This document shows, piece after piece, positions 53,483-64,000 of a stretch of 64,000 nt of DNA. The stretch comes from Octopus sinensis. Taxonomy: Eukaryota. The stretch's first letter is position 1, and each line of letters starts with the position of its first letter. A program made the position numbers and the translations under genes. The notes beneath the pieces are model-generated. The model did not search any database, had not been told where the DNA came from, and worked only from the letters and a program-made list of their open reading frames with translations. Where the stretch lies: contig NC_043002.1 of the NCBI RefSeq assembly GCF_006345805.1, forward strand, positions 69,564,001-69,628,000, in the 5' to 3' direction.

Positions 53483-55393
53483 GAGTGAGTAAATGTAGCA
53501 AAAACCAAAGTAATAGTAAGCAGCAAGGCATACTCAACACACACCCCCTCGGGTAGGTGGCCCTGCTCAATCTGTAGGAAAGGTACAGGTAGAAACTCCA
53601 TAAGATGCACCCAATGTAAGCTATGGATGCATAAGAGGTGCAGCAACATTAAAGGGAAATTAACAGATAAGATAGCTTTCATGTGCGGCAGATGCACAGG
53701 GGCAATAGACACAACAGACACTCAGAAAACAGATTCCATCACACTCCAGGGAAAGAAACTAGAAGTAGTTGATAGTTTCCGCTACCTGGGTGACCAAGTT
53801 AGTAGTGGAGGTGGATGCACAGAGAGTATCACCACTAGAATACGAATAGCCTGGGCAAAGTTCAGAAAGCTCCTACCCCTACTGGCGGCAAAGGGTCTCT
53901 CCCTCAGAGAGAAAGGTAGATTGTATGATGCATGTGTGCGAACTGCCATGCTTCACGGTAATGAAACATGGGCTGTGACTGCAGAGGACATGCGTAGACT
54001 TGAAAGAAATGAAGCTAGCATGATCCGCTGGATGTGTAGTGTCAGTGTGCATGCACGACAGAGTGTAAGCATCCTGAGAGAAATGCTGGATATAAGAAGC
54101 ATCAGATGTGGTGTGCAAGAGCGACGCTTGCGATGGTATGGTCATGTACTGCGGATGGATGAAGAGAGATGTGTGAAGAAGTGCCACTCCCAAACAGTTG
54201 AAGGTATCAGGGGGAGAGGTAGACCCAGGAAGACATGGGATGAGGTAGTCAAGCATGACCTCAGAGCATTGGGCCTCACTGAGGCAATGGCGAAGGACCG
54301 AGATCTCTGGAGATATGCTGTGACTGCAAAGACCCGGGCTGCTTCCTGCATCAGTTCCACATAGCCCCTGTCCATTCAAAGTACTCCGGATCCCAGATCG
54401 TCCTGCTGTGCCTGAGGAGATCTGTTGAGTCAAGTACATGAACATGAACGTCGAAATAAATATCAATGGAAATAGGAGTTATGATGCCTGTGCCGGTGGC
54501 ACATAAAAAGTACTATCCGAACGTGGCCGATGCCAGCACTGCCCCGACTGGCCTCTGTGCCGGTAAGACCATCCAAACGTTGCCAGCGCCGCCTTGGCTG
54601 GCTCCCGTGCCGCTGGCACGTTAAAAGCTCGAACCGATCGTGACCGATGCCGGACCCCCCCGGCCCCTGTGCAGGTGGCACGTAAAAAGCACCCACTCCA
54701 CTCGCGGAGTGGTTGGCGTTAGGAAGGGCATCCAGCCGTAGAAACTCTGCCAGATCAGACTGGAGCCTGGAGCGGCCCCTGGCTTCCCAGACCCCGGTCG
54801 AACCGTCCAACCCGTGCTAGCGCGGAAAACGGACGTTAAACGATGATGATGATGATGATGATGATGAGAGAGCAGTGCATGCTATCAAAGTGACACTGGG
54901 GTAAAATATACGAAGCCCAGTATACCCATCATGACTACCCGTCTGATAAGGGTACACTAGGCACATGCATCACAACCATATGTGCACGACATGGTGATCT
55001 CATATCAAGATAAACAACACATGACCTTGCAAGTGGGGCACAGTTAGAATTTTCTTCTGGTCGAGTAACCCATCCCACTCAAAAAGTCCCTGAATAAAGG
55101 TTGTTTAAGGATGTTGAACAAAGCACCCACATTTCCAGAGGTGAATTATTCAAACCCCAAAGAATCCCTCTCAACACATGGCTATGATGCTGCTCCACTA
55201 CTTCTGCTCGTGATCAGAGATGTACATATCGTCAGCCACTAAGGGACATGCTCAACTGGTTAAGGTCAAACAACTGACTGGCAAATCTGTGGTATTGAGC
55301 AGAATATTTGCTGTAGCCCATCTTTTATTACTATTATTATTATTATTATTATTATTATTATCATCATCATCATCATATCATCATCATCATCAT

Positions 55394-55443
<50 letters not shown>

Positions 55444-55454
55444 TATTTGTAGTA

Positions 55455-55514
<60 letters not shown>

Positions 55515-56870
55515 TATTATTATTATTATTATCATCATCATTATCATCATCATCATTGCTATTATTATTATTTTATAGTAGCCTTAAATAAATCTAATCT
55601 TTGTACCGCTATTAATTCGTACTCAGCTTATATAAGCTAATACCGGTGTCTCAACAACTTCAAATAGTTCAATTTAATTAAATCAGTATATAGTTAACAT
55701 GTTCTTTAACCTCAGTTGCTCCCTTATTAAATATCAGTTAAATCCATTTGATCAATCTCCATAGAAACCATATAATAAGTTAATATTTAGATAAGTAATA
55801 AGTAAATAAATATTAAACTATTTCTTTGCAATTTTCTTTTCCTACCTCTGCTGTGGTAAAAAATTTGGTATATACTCAAAATATTCAAAGAAGTTTTATC
55901 CTTTTGTTAAAATTTCAGTTTTAATAATCTTCTTGATTGCCCTAAATTTTAACTTTATACAATAAGACAATATTGTTTGAAATGATCTTTAGAAATTACT
56001 TGATTTATCTCTTTCTTAAATGGCTCTACCCTCCTAATCTCAGTATTTATAAGGGTCTTTATATAAATAACCCTTCTAAACAAGTACCACTAAGAAACTA
56101 TAAATACCATGTAGGGAGTAACAATAATAACTTCTTAAACCTATGATATAACCCTTAGTTTTTAAAAAAAGATTAGTGTAAAATATGATTGTTCCATAAC
56201 TTAAATATTTCTTCAGCTGATACCAGACATCAGTCTTTTATTAATATTAGCCAAATAAGTAAATATATAATTTTTAGTCTAATATATTTTGAATTATTAT
56301 ACTTTTTCTTTAAATTTTCTCTAATTGTGTTAATAAGCTACATATACTTTGCCATAGTATTAGTAATTAAGCTATTTTATTCCTTTTCTAAGGTGTTCTA
56401 GCCTATTTGATTATTTTGTTTTAGTCCATTATTATTTTATAATTAGCCTTTATTTATTTATAAAATAAGTCTAATTTTTGTATCTTTATAAATTCATACT
56501 CAGCTTATATAAAACTATACTGGTATATTCACTACTTAGAAAAAACTGCTTAGATTATAATTTCATTAATATACAATTAGCATGTTTCTTTACCTCAATA
56601 CTCCTTTATTAATACCAGTATATACCAATCAATCAATATTCACAGATACCAGCTGATGAGTTAATATTTAAGTGTACAATATGTATAAGTATTAAACTAT
56701 TTCTGGATAATTTCTTTTCCTCCTTCTATTGTAGTAAAAGTTTGGTATATACTCAAAAGTATTCATAAATTTATATCCTTTTGTTATAATATTCTTCTTA
56801 ATAATCCTCTGAATAATCCTAAACATTAACTGCATACAATATAGCAACATCGTTTAAAATATTTAACTAT
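52495..56870. repeat. Diverged AT-rich tandem array (unit ~0.65-0.85 kb, 3-4 copies), interrupted at ~53420-55590
   Basis: AAGCTAAATAAGT...AATTTTTAG-like anchors at ~52603, ~53252 and ~56248; exact 31-mer TGATTGCCCTAAATTTTAACTTTATACAATA at 52946 and 55934. Confidence 0.75.
53488..54866 (+). mobile_element. 5'-truncated RTE-clade LINE with PHD-like finger, repetitive 3' UTR and (GAT)n tail
   Basis: VNVAKTKV, C4HC3 motif, FRYLGD, RIRIAWAKF, RRLRWYGHVLRM and GRGRPRKTW; open frame to 54364. Confidence 0.9.
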
Positions 56871-58777
56871 AGTACTACATGATATGACTTCCCCTGTTTC
56901 ATTATCAATGGTGTGCTTGTGGGCGACCGCCTTAATTGTCAGCTAACATCTTGTTTTAAGTTTTCCATTACCTAACCTCATGATATTGCTTCTAATAAAT
57001 TTTGATTTTTATCACTATACCAACTATGATTTCTGTCTGCTCCCTCAGCCCAAACCCTAACAGATACTGCCCTTGGTCCCTCAGCCTTAGATATACAAGG
57101 ATTTGATAAACTAGTCTTTAAAATTAAACTGACCCCATAAAAACAAAAAAATCAGTGCAAGGCAGAGTCTGTAACAATGTATATCTTCTTGATAACTTAG
57201 TAACTTCTATGCTGGAGTGAAGCCAGCATGTTCTTTGTCTATCTCCTTAACTTCTTGGAGATTTTAGGTATAATTATACTAATGTGTCCATCTGTTCTAA
57301 TTTAATTAAATTCTATATCTTTGTGCAGCTGAAGATTAGTTTGCATTTTAAATTGATGTAATGATTGCATTGTTCAAGTAAATGGAGTTGCATGAAACGA
57401 TCATACAGCATTACCTCTGGATATCCTTGTTGCTTATTGTGATTATATATATATATTTGTATATATATATGTGTGTGTTTATGTGTGAAACTGATTACTG
57501 AATATAATTTACGATTCACCCGTTTTAAAGTGCTGAATTCAAATTCCCCTGAGGTCGACTTTACCTTTTCCTGGGGTGTACCCGACTATCCCCCGACCCA
57601 CAAATTTCAATCCTTGCACATCTAGTAGAAAGAATATTTATGGTGTTGTCTAGCCCCAGGCCAACTAATCAACGCCGTTCCACCCGAGACGAACCCACAT
57701 TTTTGGGTGGGGGTTACCTAGAACTAAGTGTCTCGAATGAATTGGACCTTTTTTTAAAGGCGGTAGGTGTAACTTGAGGGAGATTTGGCAGTTATTTCTG
57801 ACGGGCACATCGATCACACATAATAGCCGTTTTCATTGGCTCGTCGTATTTACGATAAATATTTAGGTAGGGTGCAATACTCTTCGTGTCTTCATAAAAC
57901 AATAAAAAAAAGTCTGTTTTTCACATTTTATAGTTTGGTATGTAGCATTAGAAATGAGATGCAGGTATAAAACAAATATCATAATGTTCTGACAAGTATG
58001 TTAAACTTATCGAAAATTTCAGAAAAAACTAGATTTGAAGAAAAATTAAAATACAGAGCGCTAACATGTTTGCGCCAGAGTTATGTCCCTTGGACATCGC
58101 CGCCGAAATGCTAAACTATTCGCAATTATTGTAGATTTATTGTATTATCAGAGCTGATTGAAGATTCATGTAAGCGATTTTATGTGTATTTCGGATGTTG
58201 CATGTTCGCATGTTCGGCAGAGAACAAAGGAACTTGACATAATGCACGTAGATTGCTGGGGAATAAACAAGAAAGAACATGAAATTCGAAAAGAATCTTT
58301 TAAATAGGCGCAGGAGTGGCTGTGTGGTAAATAGCTTGCTTACCAACCACATGCTTCCGAGTTCAGTTCCACTGCGTGGCACCTTGGGCAAGTGTCTTCT
58401 ACTATAGCCTCGGGCCGAACAAAGCCTTGTGAGTGGATTTGGTAGATGGAAACTGAAAGAAGCCCGTCATATATATGTATATATATACATATGTGTGTGT
58501 TTGTGTGTCTGTGTTTGTCCCCCCAACGTCGCTTGACAACCAATGCTGGTGTGTTTACGTCCCCGTAACTTAGAGGTTCGGCAAAAGAGACCGATAGAAT
58601 AAGTACTAGGCTTACAAAGAATAAAGTCCTGGAGTCGATTTGCTCGACTAAAGGCGGTGCTCCAGCATGGCCGCAGTCAAATGACTGAAACAACTAAAAG
58701 ATGTAAAAGGTGTAAACCACATACACACACATGTATATGTGCATGTGCGTGCATGTGTGTGTGTGTGTGTGTGTGTG

Positions 58778-58820
<43 letters not shown>

Positions 58821-58946
58821 TGCAGAAAAGTTGTGAATGAACATCAAAATAACTGGAGTAAAATCTTAGAAGTCTGAGACGATATCTTCCGTCTTCAAAA
58901 ATGTACCGAAAAATAGAATAAGTGTGTGTGTGTGGGGGGAATCTTT

Positions 58947-59296
58947 ACTTATTTATTAGCTACCAAATGCAATTTTTATTGCATCTTCTTCGGGTAGCTT
59001 TTAAATACCTGCCACGAAATTACACTGAAATACAACTTCAACGTGTTTTTTTTTTCTGTGTCTTCATCTTCTATCTCCACAAACGCCTCAAAATATCGTA
59101 AATATTGCAATTTATCGAATTCAGAAAATTTTATTTTTCGTGTATATGTAAATTACAGTACACCATCGTTCCTCCTTGTGGAGGCAGAAGATGAAGTCAC
59201 AGAAAAAAACATGTTTAAATCGTATTGTAAAGTTATTTAAAAGCTGCCCGAAGAAAATGCAATAAAAACTGTATTTTTTATAGCTAATAAATAAGT
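58947..59296. mobile_element. Older fold-back/MITE-like element (~130-bp imperfect inverted arms)
   Basis: 58947-59082 is an imperfect reverse complement of 59176-59296, e.g. ACTTATTTATTAGCTA / TAGCTAATAAATAAGT. Confidence 0.7.
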
Positions 59297-59358
59297 AGAA
59301 GTGTTTTTTTCCTATCACTTTTTCCATTTTTTATGCATTTGTGGAGACAGAAATGGTA

Positions 59359-59423
<65 letters not shown>

Positions 59424-59916
59424 CTACCAAAATGTAACCTTTTTGAACTTATATTTTTCTGTGTATATATATACAGATACAATACCAATATTCCTCTGAA
59501 CTTTTTAATAATACTTTCTGTAAACTACTTTTATCATTCTCTTATAATTATCAAAGAATGCATATATGTATTGTAATCTTTTGTACCCGATATTTTAATG
59601 AACTTGTCAAATTTTTTAATATTTTCCCGAGATTTTCCCTTGTAAACTGTTTTTAACATGTTCTTATTATTATTATCAAAGAATGTATATATGTATTGTA
59701 ATACTTTGTGACAACCAGTACCTAACACAACAAAGCTTTTACATGTTACTTTTGACAATCTTTTTCTAAAAAAGTGAAACCGGTCAAGTAAATAAACATC
59801 TTTTAAAATTGCATCTTCAAACCATCTTTCATATGTAATTCCACTCGTGCGGTACCTTACAACTTCACTTTGTTATACACACACAAACACACACACACAC
59901 ACACACACACATACAT

Positions 59917-59960
<44 letters not shown>

Positions 59961-60344
59961 CAAAATGGGACAAGAACGCAAAACATTCAAATAGACGACA
60001 CAAAAAACGGGCGGGTCATTCGAAGCCTCTAATCTTCAGTGAAGAATCGGATCATGCTCGCAATTTCGGCTGATTAATCTTGAGATCGCTCCGATCCGGC
60101 CAGCCCCAAGGAAAAACTAAGCTACGAACATTACATTTCTTGGAAAAAGGGTGGAATGTATACGAAACAAGGACAGAAAAACGGACGATGCCACACGAAT
60201 ATAAATACAAAAAAACAATAATAATAATAACAGGACAAAAACAACAATATATATTTATATATATACATGTATGCATGTATGTATGTATGTATGTATGTAT
60301 GTATGTATGTATGTATGTATGTATGTATGTATATATATATATAT

Positions 60345-61602
60345 ATACAGGTTCGAACTCTGACGTCATATACCTTGACTTCAGTAAAGCGTTCGACAGG
60401 GTAGACCATAACATCCTACTCTCAAAATTGGCAAATGTTGGAATCCGTGGAAAAGTTCTACACTGGATTAAGTATTTCCTAGCGAATAGAACACAACATG
60501 TTGTAGTTGATGGAGTCCACTCAAACCCAGCAAAAGTCACCAGCGGTGTTCCCCAGGGAACTGTTTTGGGTCCGCTACTCTTCATAATTTATGTAAACGA
60601 CCTTTCCAGTGTCGTACATCACTGCAAAGTGAAAATATTCGCTGATGACACTAAGCTCCAGCAAATCGTCAATGAAGAAGCAGACCGAACTCAACTCCAG
60701 TCTGACCTATATGCTGTGAGTCAATGGGCAGACAGAAACAAAATGCAACTGAATGAGGGAAAATTTGAGCTGATGCATTTTGGAAGAAATTCCTCACTAA
60801 AACAACCATACTCTCTTCCTTCAGGGGAACCGCTCACAGCCTCTAACAATATCAGAGACCTGGGTGTAATTGTTGATGACGATCTCAGTTGGAGTGCACA
60901 CATCAACAAGAAGGTCGATACAGCTCGTAGGATGAGTTCCTGGATCTTAAGAACTTTCCGGTCCAGAGAACAAGGTGTCATCATACCACTTTTTTCATCC
61001 TTTGTACGGCCACACCTTGAATACTGCTGCCCACTGTGGTCTCCTCACACAAGACAAAACATCTCCAGAATTGAGTCACCCCAGAGGGCTCTCACTAAAC
61101 AAATTGAAGGCATGGCTGCTCTCGATTATTGGGATCGCCTTAAAGCCTTGAAACTTTACTCCCTCCAGCGTCGCCGTGAGCGGTACATCATTTGTACGAT
61201 GTGGAAAATATACCGCCAACTTTGCCCAAACGACCTAAACATTAGCTTCAAGGTCCATCCCAGACTTGGACCACGGGCTATACGTCCCCTGCCAAATTCA
61301 AGATCACAACATACATGTACACTGCAACATAATTTCTTTTCCTCAACAGGCCCTGCCCTATTTAACATTGTCCCGAGGGAGATCAAAGAGGAAAAGGATC
61401 CCATCAACTTCAAACAGAGTCTGGATAGATTCCTTCAAAGAATACCAGATAAGCCACCCATAATTGGATACAACTCACCCAACAAGAACTCACTACTTGA
61501 ACAAATCTTGACTTAAACAGGATTCGAATAATCCTATCAGGTGGTGCTATTAAGTTAGACATGGCCTGGACCAATCTCTGGTCGAAACATATCTAAGTTT
61601 TA

Positions 61603-61605
<3 letters not shown>
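60345..61605 (+). mobile_element. Young 5'-truncated CR1-group LINE with an uninterrupted RT frame
   Basis: DVIYLDFSKAFDRVDH, SGVPQGTVLGPLLF, FADDTKL, RPHLEYCCPLWSP and LYSLQRRRERY; open to the stop at 61516, then the tail. Confidence 0.92.
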
Positions 61606-61690
<85 letters not shown>

Positions 61691-61808
61691 TTACATACAA
61701 AATTGTATGTAAAAAAAAATTTGTATGTAAAAATATTTTAATCTTTGGATTTTTTTAATATGCTAGGCCACTGGTTTTAATTGATTAATATCATTTCTAC
61801 CCTTATTA

Positions 61809-61938
<130 letters not shown>

Positions 61939-61942
61939 ATAT

Positions 61943-62007
<65 letters not shown>

Positions 62008-62017
62008 ATATAATATA

Positions 62018-62048
<31 letters not shown>

Positions 62049-62063
62049 ATATGTGTGTGTGTG

Positions 62064-62990
<927 letters not shown>

Positions 62991-64000
62991 ATGTATATAT
63001 GCCGGGCTTCGTTCAGTTTTCGTTTATCAAATCTATTCACAAGGCTTTAGTCTGCCCGAATCTATAATAAAAGACACTTGCTTGAACCCGGAACCAGGTA
63101 ATTGGGAAGGAAGCATCGTATCTGCTCCTATATAATATAATATGATATGATATGATATAATATAATATAATATAATATAATATAATATAATATAATATAA
63201 TAGGCGTAGAAGTGGCTGTGTGGTAAGTAGCTTGCTTACCAACCACATGCTTCCGGGTTCAGTCCCATAGCCTCGGGCAAACCAAAGCCTTGTGAGTGGA
63301 TATGGTAGACGTATATATGTATATGTGTATATATGTTTGTGTGTCTGTGTTTGTCCCCCCCCCATCATCGCTTGACAACCGATGCTGGCGTGTTTACGTC
63401 CCCGTAACTTAGCGGTTCGGCAAAAGGGACCGATAGAATAAGCACTAGGCTTACCTAGAATATGTCCGGGGGTCGATTTGCTCCACTAAAGGCGGAGCTC
63501 CAGCATGGCCACAGTCAAATGACTGAATCAAGGAAAAGAATAAAAGAAAAATTATATATATCTTTTATCTTTTTCATTCATTAGACTGCGATCATACTAG
63601 GGTACCACCATAAGGCGTTTAGTCAAACAAATCGACATTAGCAGTTTTTTTAAAAGCCTTGTACTTATTCTACCGGTCTCTTTTCTCCAACCGCTAAGTT
63701 ACGGAGACGTAAACAAATCAACACCAGTTGTTAAGCAGTGGTCACACACACACACACACACACACAAACAAACACGAACGCACACACATATAAAATGATA
63801 TAATATAATAAATATATTATAATATAAGTGACCAGTTTGTATTTAAAGCCTAAAGGCAAATTAATAAAGAAGGGTACAAAAATAGTACCAGCATTGCTAG
63901 AAATAAGAGTCAAAATCAACACGATAGCCAAACAAAGTATTAACCTCATGAGATTGACGAAAAGCGAGGGAGCTAAACAAATGCACCTTTCTCTGGTGAG

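Noticed and set aside
54480-54700. CRISPR-like repeat-spacer array
   Set aside because: Units are diverged with homologous spacers, lie in a LINE UTR, and there are no cas genes.
56653-56710. CTGATGAG in the AT-rich array as a hammerhead
   Set aside because: No stem II or GAAA follows, and the motif is not kept in the homologous unit near 55780.
59515-59712. ~120-bp imperfect tandem duplication
   Set aside because: Ordinary local duplication in AT-rich DNA with no further structure.
60080-60344. N-terminal part of the 478-aa ORF 60080-61516
   Set aside because: It reads through an unrelated repeat and a (TATG)n tract. Real RT homology starts at ~60345, so this is chance frame continuity rather than a fusion protein.
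61569-61588. GACC-loop-GGTC-GAAAC as a hammerhead stem II
   Set aside because: No upstream CUGANGA. It is the LINE 3' stem-loop shared with other tails.

Overview
Eukaryotic, AT-rich, gene-poor DNA, almost certainly from an octopus (inferred from recurrent cephalopod-type tRNA-derived SINEs and dense TA/CA/AAT microsatellites). No host protein-coding gene can be supported. The only intact host RNA gene is one tRNA-Trp(CCA) at 17412-17483. The window is layered with mobile DNA. Non-LTR elements include a young R4/Dong-type RLE LINE and several relatives, a GC-rich Tx1/L1 LINE, and CR1-group, RTE and Jockey-like fragments. Penelope-like elements (PLEs) include two GIY-YIG-bearing copies, a Naiad-like RT-less derivative and short pLTR fragments. 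DNA transposon remnants include pogo, mariner, rosa-like and MITE-like elements, and there are at least four SINE families. Most short ORFs in the supplied track are microsatellite artefacts. The most interesting signals are: (i) minimal type I hammerhead ribozyme folds in PLE fragments, one with a CUGUUGA core shared by two copies; (ii) a Naiad-like PLE with an in-frame UGA at a conserved Cys, an Asn-rich linker and a downstream tandem array; (iii) elements concentrated in (AAT)n arrays, including a non-coding ~560-bp retroposon and a Tx1/R4-tail junction; (iv) a covarying 3' stem-loop shared by SINEs and four LINE copies; (v) fold-back elements in TA repeats; (vi) a speculative signal-peptide exon at the far end. 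All domain calls are by-eye motif recognition; no database search was run, and remnant boundaries are approximate.
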